Of a DNA stretch of 64,000 bases, positions 52,826 through 64,000 are shown one piece after another. The notes under the pieces are model-generated. The model was not told where the DNA came from. It made no database searches and was given only the letters and a program-made list of their open reading frames with translations. Source of the DNA: Chlorokybus atmophyticus (taxonomy: Eukaryota > Plantae > Mesostigma and Chlorokybus algae); contig RHPI01000277.1 of the NCBI GenBank assembly GCA_009103225.1, positions 269,297 through 333,296 on the forward strand, written 5' to 3'. The translations under genes and the position numbers were made by a program. The first letter of the stretch is position 1; each line of letters opens with the position of its first letter.

Positions 52826-54928
52826 CATGTCTGCTTTCGCCCTGCTTGCATGCAACAGGCACACATGCCTGCATCTATCCGTCGAACTGCTCGCAGGTGC
52901 GTTCCCATGGCGTGTCGCATTGGGTTAGACTTGGATGTGTACAGTCTTGAGTCTGATGTCTCGTGAACACATGTAACCTGCCTACCCTTGTACCAACTGG
53001 GTGCTGTGAAGTGGTGCAGCTTTGTATTGTGATTGTTTGAGTTTGCCTGCTTTCTCATCTGTCCATGGACTTTGCCTGCATGTAATTCACATGCACGCAC
53101 ACCCAGATGCAATGGTAAGGAGTTAGTAGCAGGCCAGCCATAGCTAGCTAGGGGCTTCGACTAGGGGGCGTGTGGCTATATGCACAGGCAGGAGGGCAAC
53201 AAAGCAGAACAATACCAAAAACTCTTTGGCAAAGAGCACCAGCAGTACCTGCGCGCCCACGACGTCAGCAACACTGCCGACCCCGCGAACCCAGCCAAAA
53301 TCAGGAGGCTCACAGAGAGTTACGTAATCAAGATCTGACACTCACTTTGCATGCCACTAGCCACACTTAGTGCCAGCGAAATCTTGAAACAATGAGCACA
53401 CAGAAAGAAGCGTGCACATGCAATGGCAGCATTCATTATGACGCGCACGCACGTAGATACGCACATGCAGGCAGTCACGCGCGCACCCCCACCCACCCAT
53501 GCATGAGTACACGTACGCATGCAGCACCAGCACACAAACACTAGCACACCTACCCCATTTGCACGTTCTGGACTCGCGCAGAGACAGACACAGAGATCAG
53601 CTGCCCTTAAACATACCCGCGCATACATATATGTGCGCGCGCAAGAGCACACACAATTGCACCTCGCATTGTATGTACAAGCTACTTGCATATACTGCAA
53701 CAATCCTTGCATCCTATTTGTTATACTACTCATACGCCAAATGCCTGTTACATCTTTTATATGCATCCTTTGTACATATGCACGCACATGAGGTCATGCA
53801 TGTCTTCAACTACTGCCAGCATATCATGTACACACGCACATGGGCATGCATGCACGCACGCATTCACAAGCAGCACATGTGTAAAGCGTGTGTATGCTTG
53901 TGCTGATGCATGCCATTCGCATTGTCCACACCATGCATGCTGCCACCGTACCATACCCCTTATATACATACACGCGCGCAAGCATAAGCACCAGCAGCAC
54001 ATACGCAAGTCTGCCCGCTCGCCTACTCGCCTCCCTTACGCCGTCTCGTATGCACTTAGATAGTGCATATAGTATGTCTTTGTCCCTCAGGGACAAAGAC
54101 CATCCCGTCCGGTGCTATTATGCTGTGCAGGCTGCCCCGTCCTTGATTGAACTTGTGTCTCGTGCCTTTGCTGCTTGCAATGTGTGTGCTTGTTGTGTGA
54201 GTTGCTTGGTGTGCTCTATTGCATCGGAACCACTGGAAAGCCTATACACACGCGCACAAGCACAAGCAACGCATTCGAACATGCATGCATCCACAAAGAC
54301 AAGTGCACACGCAGGGAAGGTGTGTGCCCGCACTCATGTGCACATGCGCTTTGGGTGTATATCTATTTCTGATGCTACTTGCACATCTGTATGTGCTTGT
54401 GTGTGCAGTGGTGGTATGCAAATTCCACGTACCGTGAATCATATCAATACCATTGCATGTTCACACTCACATGTACAACTTGGCTGAGCCCAAAACATAT
54501 GTGCATGCACACGCGCGCATATGGAAATTCACACACACACTATATCTGGGAGCTAACAGAGCACACTGCACAGCATAGTAGCACCGGACGGGTCGCTAAT
54601 GGTGGTGTTAGCCCATAAAGAAAGGACAAGCACAACGCAATGGGCATCAAAGATTCGCAGGTACGATTTACCTTACTTGCAGTGGAGGTGAAAATGAAGA
54701 GTGGGGCCTGTTTGCCCGCGCTGTGGCTGTTGCTCTCCTTTTTACACATATCATGCGGCGTATATATATAGGCTAACCAATGTGGCAATAACAATCGGCG
54801 ATTATCAGCTGCACACTCAAATACAGTCACAAATCAACAAGCAGGCAATTGATTATGTCAGGGGCAACAACTCATATATGTATACCAATCATCGCATGTT
54901 GTTGGCAATTATCTTATAGTCAGGTGGA

Positions 54929-55260
54929 GCGGTTGCGTTGCGCGATGTAGCCTTGGTTGATAGTTTGGTGAAGGCTGTTGGAGAAGAGAAGCTGATGCAT
55001 GGGGGCGTGGCGGCTAGCGTTGAGGCCATTACCACTGCAATAAGGGGTGAGTATGGCAAAACAGCCTCAACGTTTCAAATTCACAAGTTGTGGGGCGGTT
55101 GCGTTGCGCAATGTAGCCTCGATTGATAGACTGCTGACGGCTGTCAGAGAAGAGAAGCTAATGCATGGGGGCGTGGCGGCCAGCGTTGAAGCCATTGCCA
55201 CCGCAATAGGGGGTGAGTATGGCAAAACAGCCACAACGTTTCAAATCCACTAGTTGTGGA
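54929..55260 (+). repeat. Two-copy 166-bp tandem duplication of an exon-like segment
   Basis: gcggttgcgttgcgc starts at 54929 and 55095. Each copy carries an open frame ending in GG|gtgagt. Confidence 0.8.
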
Positions 55261-57751
55261 TACTACACAACTCTCTCTCGCTATCTAAGTGCGTGTGATC
55301 AAGGATGTCAATTGTGTAGCATGGGTATATTACGTAGCTCACTTATGTCACAACATCATTGACCTTCTTAACCTTATGGTCTGATTAGTGCGGTTTACAA
55401 TAACTTGCTAAATGCCACTATTTAATTGCTATGCAAAACCCAATTAGCACCAATGCATTGCACGTTTTGTGTTGCAATCGATGATGGTGGCGTGTCATAT
55501 GCACATGCTACCTCGAACACATGAAGACTAACCTGACAGATAGTGAACGGATAACTCTCCTTGTAACATGCATGATTTTCACGTAGTTTATTCAAAATGG
55601 GGAAACGAGAGAAAACAAGCGGGGCGGTCAAATAAACTAGGCTGATAATGGTATCTGATACTACTATCATCCTTAATGATTAAAAACTTGGAACTGCAGT
55701 TGGCATATCATGATATTACTTGTCACCACCCGTTTTTCAAGCACCAACCTTCACTTTTGCCCCATAACTGCAAATTAAATGTCCCCATAACGGCTCTTAG
55801 TCTTTATGTGAATGAACAAGGTCATTTTCAAACATGTGTTGCACAAACTCCCATGTGTTGTATTGCGCATCTGGTTAACTTGCAGGAGGGCACCGGCTAA
55901 ATCGGGTTGCGTGAGGGGGCAGCAGCACGGTGATATAGCTACAGATTCTGATGAGGATTATAACTCAACATCTTGTATATGCTGCTATACACTTGCCTTC
56001 TGAGCTTGTTGGCACTGTCAACAAATCGAGAAATTGAGCACCATGCATACGACTAAAACGATGCATGAGTGCTCACCAAGCTTGCTTGTGATCAGATCAC
56101 TGGTGTTATATAGCAACCGTATTTTGCAAATTGTTGTTACGATTGCCTGTGAGCTTGGTTTTAATATTGTGCATGATGAGTACTGGTTGCAGCATGCGCA
56201 ATGCTTAATTATAGTTTTTATTGCTTCTGGAGGGTTGCCAATGTAATGTTTGGGTAAGATATTTATGGATGCTACAAAGGCGTTTGCATTAATCGATTGC
56301 GCACCTGCTAAGGCTGTGTTACCTCAACGACACAACATCGGATTGAGACCTTGCCGGCAGCGGGCCATGAAGTTACTTCATGGAACCTTGCAAATAATGC
56401 CATCACGCCATTGTTGCTAAAGCAGCTTCGACCTCATCTTTAACAGTAATATCACTTTTAAACAACCGTGTTTATTAGTTTGATATCCGACCACTTGAGC
56501 AATGCAACGTGGAAGATTTGGAGGGTGTGCTTGTAATGCTCAAGCAGTTAAGATTGCAAAAACTGCCACTCTTTACAATGTGAGTGTCCAGCCATTGTCT
56601 TCATTAAAACACAGCCCTTGAATACATCAACACATAAAATCTTGATAACATGCGCAACTTTGTGGAGCAATCGTAGCAAGGAAGTGCAATTCTGACCGTC
56701 ATTGAAACATTGAACCAACATATCGTCATATTGAAAAAGCGGCTCGTAAAACTTGAGCACCGCATGATTTCGGTAAAACTCAGCAATTGCGGCAATTCAA
56801 CAATTATCATTCAATGATTGGTACGCGACCCTGATGATCACTTGATGGAAGAGTGCATATTTGTCAAAGGTGGTTGTTGGATAAAGCTAAGCGTGACATA
56901 TACTAGCCGATTGCGTGTGGTTTTATACACGCATAACATAGGTTGAGCATTGTTGGTTTGGGCTTGCTTAACTATTGCAATTATGAATCGTGAACACAAT
57001 GTCAACAAATGCGTCAAAGTTAACTCGCTCAGGGTTGAAAAATAATCATGTGCCAAAGACATGTAAACTATGAATGATGCGGAGCGAGCGGATGCCAACC
57101 ACTTAAACGTCACGCCCGTATACCAGCGGTGCTGGCATACGGGCACTGCAAGGTTATGTTTGCATTTGATGGTTGTACGCTTTTATAAGAGGTGGCATAC
57201 GGACATCCCAATGAATGGGAGGTAAATCGGTTTTTTGTTGCTGCAAATGCACATGGCAACCTCATAGCGCTTTGACACTCTTTCGTTAGCATGTGCGCGA
57301 GGCGTTGCAATCGACGTCACCAACTTTAGTAAAGGTGCACATGTAATCTCATGTGAGCATGTGTAAACTATGTGCGCGTGGGCACGAGGGCTCATGTACG
57401 CATGCATATGTGTGAGCCCATGTGCATGAGCAAATGCGCACACGGGTGTGCATGTGCATGTATGACCATGCACATGTGTGCAACAGCAATCATGCATCAA
57501 TGGTTGTGCAGATAAGTGCTTGTGTGCGCGTGATATGTGCGTGTAGGTGCTTATGTGCGTGTGTGCGAATGTATGCATGTGCGCATGCGTGTTTGCATGT
57601 GAGAGCTATGTGTACAATACGTATTATGCCTCATATGCTACAGCCAGGGGTGTCATACACAAGCATACACACGCTAGCATTCACCCATCACATATAGCGC
57701 ACGACAAGTTATATTCTTCACCGCCGAGCTATGCTATCTACACTACCAGTA

Positions 57752-60700
57752 CAACCCCACCACCCAACCCCAACTAGCACCTAACCAGCCCAGCACCCAA
57801 ACCGAACACAGCACAACCTGTGCGGAGGGCACTGGACCAGGCACTGCTGACGTCGGCAGTGCAACGCAACTATGACACAACCCAGCAAACCCTGCTGCGT
57901 CGCTAGCAGAGGGCGAGGAAGGAGGCGGAGCCAGGGAAAGAGGGAGGGGGAGTCCTGGTCGCCAATGTGCATGCTCTCTGCGTGACCGAAAGCGCCAACA
58001 ATTGACCAACGCCCATGTGGGCAGGTGATTACCAACTGCATATTGACAGCTGCATGTCTAACGGGGTAGAGGCAGTAGATTAGTGTGCTAATAATAGCCC
58101 GGTGGTCAATTAATTGTCATTTGTACGACACCTTGCATGTGTTGCTGCGTGCTGACTGAACTACACGTTGTGCATGCGCATGCATGTCCTGCATTTGATG
58201 TACACCGCACGCCCTGGCAGGCCGCACTGTGACCGTTCCAGGCCAGAGGCAAGTCGGGTTTGCCCACGCTTGTAAAGGTGTGCGCCCGACTACCCTATGT
58301 CAAGGCATAGGGAGATAGTTGAACCCTTGTACATAGCGTTAGGTGATGCATGACGGTTGCTAAGTATGCATAGGGTGCGAGACCGGGAGCACCATACATG
58401 TGTAGACAAGTAGAGACTAGTTGGGCCTCCACCCCGTTTGCCATGCAGGGCAACACAAGACGCGTACAACACAATGGCGCAGCCATTATGGAACTGGCAG
58501 CACATACAAGCCCATTTGCTGGATGTATATTGCCACTGGCAACTGCCCATACTCAGAAGCACGCCATTACATCCACCATGTTTTGGGCGTCACAACTCCA
58601 CTGTCGCCAGTGATAGAGCACCACATCATCTACGCCATTTACTTACTGACTGGCTCCCGCAAATGCTACGTTGGCATGACTGTGCCCGCTTTTCAACGCT
58701 TCCAAGGACACTGCAGAGCTGCTCACCACGCCCAAGCCACGCTGCTGGAGCGCGCCATGCGCACTACGCCAATGACCTCTTGGGGAGTTTCACCGCTGGA
58801 ATCAGTGCCGTTACGACACAATGAGACGCAGGCAGCTTGGCACAAACACGCCTCGCACAAAGAATGGTTGTGGGTGAAACGCTTGCGTACCTCAGCCCCA
58901 AGAGGTTACAATGTGGAGCACTCGCCATACGGACGGCCTCGCCTGCCAGCATGGAGACGCGCACACGGGCACACACAGCCACAACGCGCACCGAACCCAG
59001 CCAGGCAGAGTGTTTGGGTATCATGATTTCTTTCGGCGTATTCGTGACCTTACTGTGCGCATGCAGCAAGCGCGGTTTGCGTTGACGGACTTGCTGCGAT
59101 TCAAACTGACCAACCTGTACAAGATGCTCCGCATCCTATAGTACACAGCGTCGGAAGACATTCATGTGCAGCCAGCACATGCTGAAGCACTGCTGGCGAC
59201 GCTAAGGAGGTTGCTCAGCAATTATCCAACCGCCTTGCCTCACATTTGCAACCCCCGCCTACTCGTCACCTGTGCATTCGACAACGCAGCGGCAGACGAA
59301 CTACAACTGCAACAACTGCTGGCGCAACCCGCAGTACGAGCGGCCCTGCCACCACATGCCAGAACACGCATGGGAGTGCCGCTAGTGGTCTGGCGCTGTG
59401 GTAAAACGGTGGGACGCACAGTGTGTAACCGCACCTGCGAGGTGCTGCAGTCGCCCGCACAGCAGCAGTCGCGACTGCTGTCCGCACCCTGCACATGCCC
59501 TGAGCTAGCGGGGACAACCATAGTACATCCACAGCTAGGCCACGCTGTGACCCGTGACTACAGCAGTGTTACGACCTCGGAGGTCCTGCGGAAGATACTC
59601 AGCCGGGGGACCAAGTTTCGCAGCCTTGTATCAGCCGACATTCGCGTTTGTGTACCAGCGGTGACAGCAGCAGTGTACGATTTCGCACACCTCCTGGAGG
59701 AGCAGTGGGGACAGCCAATGGCAATGCAAGCATGGGCAACAACACTTTTGGCTTTGGTGCGCAACCGTGCTGACGCCATTGCCGATGTACCAAACAACCA
59801 GCGCCATTTGGACTCGGATGTGGTGACTGACAGAGATGCCGCGGCTTTGAGACAACTGCAGCAGCGGTACATCCTCACCGAGGTCGACAAGTGCAATGGC
59901 ACCATTGTGGTGGTGTGCAAAAAGTACTACGTGACATTCTTGGTGACGGAGCTGTTCACACCCACATATGAACGCGTGGACACGCCAAGCCATGTACTCC
60001 TGCAACAACACGCCACGTAGAACATGGAACACGGCTTTCGTGCAGTTGCGGAGCCACGCTTGCCTCTATATCTGCTGTTTAAATTGCACAAAAGTCCACC
60101 GACACCACGTTTTATCGCTGCTGCTTATAATACCTCGCTGACAGATGCCAGTAGGTGGCTCACCCGCGCATACCAAGTGATGCTGCCAGTGTGGCATGAG
60201 TGGTGGGCAGAAGCAGTAGGACTGCCAGCTGTGCGGCATAACTGGATCATGACAGATGTGAAGGCATTTGCCAGATTGCAGTGTTTCTTTAAGACCACAC
60301 GCACTGCACTACAAAAGCGCCAGCACCTGTGCCTGCAAACCTTTGACTTTACAACGCTCTATACTTCCATCAACCACTACGACCTGCTGCAAAGATTTGA
60401 TGATCTGGTCAGTGCCACTTTCGGGCTACAATGGCGACGTCACCGTGCCACGCATCTGCATATGAGTGTACAGCCAGACGCCTCGGTGCTGCATCAGTGG
60501 ACGGCAGCCTCAACGTACAGAACAGATGACAGTGGTAGCTGGCGCACCTTTACACCGACAGCGCTGCACGACACCCTAGCGTACCTGTTGCAGAACTTGT
60601 ACGTCCGAACAGCATCCGATGAAGTCTATCGCCAACGAATAGGGGTGCCTATGGGAAACAATGCAGGAGCACATCTGGCGAACGGCTACCTCCTGACCTA

Positions 60701-61803
60701 CGAACAACAGTTCGTGCAGCAGCTGCGCCAAGAAGGAGCCACGTCGCTGCTGCAACGTTGTACACAGGGAATCCTGCGCTACATTGATGATCTTTTTGTA
60801 GCAGACCTACCGGAGTTCCAAGAGCTATTGTCACACAAGGCACCAGGGACACCAGGCGGCGGTGTGTACCCGCGGCACATTGTGACAGTGTCACGTACAG
60901 CAGAAGGTACCACGCTACCATTTCTGGATTGCGCAGTGTTCTAAACGGCGGATGGCATATGCACCAAACTGTACTGCAAGCGCGACCTACCGGCGTACAG
61001 TGCTACAGCACGTCACCGCGCACCACTACCAGATTCCAACGTGGCCCGCTGTATCAAGCTGGGCGTGGTGCAATCGCAGTACGTGAGGTTTGCGCAAGTT
61101 TGCACTTATCGCACGCACTTCATCCAAGCCATGGTGGACCTGTTGGTGGCAATGCACAACGATGGACATCCTCTGAAACGTCTGTTGGCCACGCTGAGGC
61201 AGCAGATGCTACGCACCGGCAGCTACGCGTACTGTACACCGCCTCCACTGCTGTACCAGTTGGTGTATCAGGCGTGCAAGCGTCGCACCCCGCAAAGACC
61301 GCATGGGGAGCACGCTGTGTGGTAGCACAGCTTGCCCATGCCGGAGACGCAGGAAACCAACCCCACCACCCAACCCCAACCAGCACCTAACCAGCCCAGC
61401 ACCCAAACCGAACACAGCACAACCTGTGCGGAGGGCACTGCACCAGGCACTGCTGACGTCGGCAGTGCAACGCAACTATGACACAACCCCTGGTGCGTCG
61501 CTAGCAGTGGGCGAGGAAGGAGGCGGAGCCAGGGAGAGAGGAAGGGGGAGTCCTGGTCGCCAATGTGCATGCTCTCTGCGTGACCGAAAGCGCCAACAAC
61601 TGACCAACGCCCATGTGGGCAGGTGATTACCAACTGCACATTGACTGCTGCATGTCTAACGGGGTAGAGGCAGTAGATTAGTGTGCTAATAATAGCCCGG
61701 TGGTCAATTAATTGTCATTTGTACGACACCTTGCATGTGTTGCTGCGTGCTGACTGAACTACACGTTGTGCATGCGCATGCATGTCCTGCATTTGATGTA
61801 CAC
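57752..61803 (+). mobile_element. Penelope-like retroelement, Chlamys type (N-terminal GIY-YIG, CxC linker, RT), bounded by direct pLTRs
   Basis: Direct repeats at 57752-58205 and 61358-61803 differ by about 9 substitutions plus a small indel. The internal domain order is EN-CxC-RT. The flanks are CA/TG-rich. Confidence 0.9.
58421..61325 (+). pseudogene. PLE polyprotein (GIY-YIG endonuclease plus reverse transcriptase); one frameshift near 58980 and in-frame stops at 59139, 60018 and 60942
   Basis: IIYAIYLLTGSRKCYVGMT..QRFQGH..EWLWVKRLRTSAPRGYNV; APCTCP; ILTEVDK; LFKLHKSPPTPRFIAA; TFDFTTLYTSI; YRQRIGVPMGNNAGAHLANGYL; LRYIDDLF; LPFLD; TKLYCKR. Confidence 0.92.
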
Positions 61804-63098
61804 TACTCGCCTTGCACGTTAGTCACAAGCATGCAAGTGGCAAAGTTCATCATCTGCACAACGGCGCATGTGCCAGTGTGGACGGGCGTGTATGCATGCA
61901 TATGTTTGCATGCATGCGTGTATTCGTATGTGTATGCGCACAGCGCAAGTGTTCGTGCTGAAATCAGATGTAAAGAAAAAGTGCACTCAAGTTGTCGCCA
62001 TGGCTTGTTGACTCAACAATGCTTTGCGCGCAATGCCTTTGTCACAATGCAGCCGCTAAGTGTACCAATGGCAATGGTTCACCCTGCTTAACAGCAACAC
62101 ATCCAAAACGCAGGAGCCATTTTGCTGTGTAGCATAATATTGTTGTGTAGCGGTGTGCAGGGGCTTGCGGTGGTGGGGGTGGGATTGAAACTTTGCAACA
62201 GTGCATAACATTGTACGATGGTACATGTCTGCATGCCCATATACAGTAACTACATAGAGTGGCGACGATGCCAGGGTGGGCACCAATGGCGCATGGCCCC
62301 CCAATTACGAAGGCGGATGCAGCACTCGAGATAGACACCTCACGCAAGCTGCTCGCTAGTTGTGTTGTTCTGCAAGCATTGAGTGTGTGCTGGCATGAGT
62401 GCTAGGCATGGGTGGTGTGTGTACTGGGTGCTGTATCATACTGCTCAAAACGTGTAGATATGGGTTGTACAGGGTATGCGAGCGACTAATACAAGCATGT
62501 GCACAACATCGACCGCATGTAGCCAACACGTACCTGCATGCTGCACACACGACTTGTGTGTAGGCAGAAATGCGAGGACAACTGTGACATCATGCATGCC
62601 TATGTGGTAAGAGGTCCATTGTGGGCGTTGCGCACGTGCAACACCCAAACTATACTTACTAAGACAAGTGTCCCTCATTCAGTATGTGTACAGAAGTCTC
62701 CAAAACTATTCTACAACTGTCTCTTGTGATCTTATGTGCGTGGATGTGTATGTGCGTGTTCGTGTCGCTGAGAGCGAGACAACAGACCACATGACTGCGT
62801 GTACACATCTGAGCAAAGTTGCTAATCTGAAGCGCAGGCTCTGGTAGACGCCTGCAAACACAACAACACCTACCAACTCAACTACCCCTCCCAAACTGCA
62901 ACTACTAAAGCAACACTCGACCAGCAGCAACGCGCATTGCACCGCAACCCCATCCCAATGTCACCTCCCTATCGAGACACCATCACAATGCCATGTGCGC
63001 ACTGTGCCACAGTGACTTTGCCTTGTATGTGTGTGACTGGAACACACATGATGATGAGGACACAGGTAAATCGTGCCCCAAACACTCATGTGCCTTGC

Positions 63099-64000
63099 TC
63101 AGCTGGTGGCGTGCTCGTCAACCGGTGCATAGATGTCCATGTTGATCTTCCGCTTGAGGGTGTTCCTGTCCTCACTGCAACATCAACACAGTCAGCCACA
63201 TACACAAGCACACATGTATACACGCGCGCGCACGCACGTATGACAAACCCAACATGTAGACAAAACTGGAATATTTAACACAAGCAATCTGCACAATACG
63301 ATACAGGTGCCGACAACTCACAAACGACGTACACATCCCCACCTACCTGCCGATGTTGTTGATGTACCTCCTGGCGTCCGCATCCGGCGGGTCCATCGAC
63401 ATGGCCGCAACGGACGACGCAGGCGTGGCTTTGATATCGCGACTCCCCGTCATCGATACTTGCGGCGTGACGCCCATGGTGACGTCCCGCGCGGATATTG
63501 ACGACGCGGGCACCTGCACCTCCAGATGCATCGCAGACTCCGGCGGATAGGTCAGGCGCCGGATCTTGTGCGCGGGAGACTTGGGGGAGGACACGTCAGT
63601 GACATGGACGCCACCCACCACAACCACCTGGCGTGTTGGGATGTGTGTTTGCGTGCGTGTCCGTGCAGCTGCATGTGCGCGCGCATGTGCTACGCGCACA
63701 CGCAGTCTCATCCGACTACGCACGCACCGTGACAGAAGGGACTATCTAGTAAAAGCGACCCAACGCTGTTTGCCACGTACATGTTCTTGCGGTGGTTTCT
63801 CCTGCATGGACGGCGAGCCGATGGCGTACGTGGGCTTGGGGGCCGTCCTGGCGGGGGGACGGGGCAGGCGTGCGTGCGGGGTGGGAGCGGGAGGGTTGGA
63901 GAAATACCTGTGCTCAAGCGCCTGCATGAGAATGATGCTCAGTATCTGACTCGGGTATGCATCAGTTCAGTGTATGTGAGTGCATGTGCACCTGAGTGTG
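63099..64000 (-). CDS. CDKD1: 3' exons of CDK-activating kinase CDKD/CDK7; gene continues beyond the window
   Basis: The exon starting at 63921 reads ALEHRYFSNPPAPTPHARLPRP (typical of the CDK7/CDKD region after the kinase domain). It is followed by a middle exon and a last exon EDRNTLKRKINMD...*, resembling the plant CDKD C-terminal LKRKL motif. Confidence 0.7.

Noticed and set aside
53400-54550. Many overlapping His/Cys/Ala/Thr-rich ORFs (also at 57200-57700 and 61800-63000)
   Set aside because: They are products of CA/TG-rich low-complexity DNA.
55300-57200. AT-rich region with short ORFs as a decayed transposase
   Set aside because: All frames examined have many stops and no recognisable motif.
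57752-58205. Hammerhead ribozyme in the pLTR
   Set aside because: No CTGANGA...GAAA core with flanking stems was found, only a small hairpin (gcactgctgacgtcggcagtgc). Absence is expected for this PLE clade.

Overview
Eukaryotic, intron-rich genomic DNA, most likely a green alga (GT-AG introns, organellar transit-peptide-like N-termini, a Chlamys-type retroelement, a CDKD-type kinase); the species cannot be determined. Host genes: CNX2/MOCS1A (715-3112 +), L-aspartate oxidase (21778-25485 +), neurochondrin (about 33859-37354 -), nine-finger TFIIIA (39227-41152 +), an XEG113-like GT77 glycosyltransferase (44850-about 47748 +), RPA1 (48917-52044 -), an intronless bacterial-type cupin (52283-52825 +) and the 3' end of CDKD/CDK7 (63099-64000 -). 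The main discovery is a 14.5-kb DNA transposon (5343-19889). It has short TIRs (ACGTCRCAA...TTGCGACGT), apparently no target-site duplication, and a decayed Plavaka-family transposase. Its spliced cargo genes include a Tudor domain fused in frame to a phage/actinobacterial-type C5 cytosine methyltransferase, an OTU-like protease candidate and a DUF6532-like protein. A 2.08-kb non-autonomous relative (27875-29950) sits inside a ~130-bp satellite and shares both termini and palindromic GTACCAT-N4-ATGGTAC sites. Also present are a pLTR-bounded Penelope-like element with an N-terminal GIY-YIG domain (57752-61803), a TA-flanked MITE and several probable assembly artefacts. All family assignments come from motifs I recognise by eye; no database searches were run.
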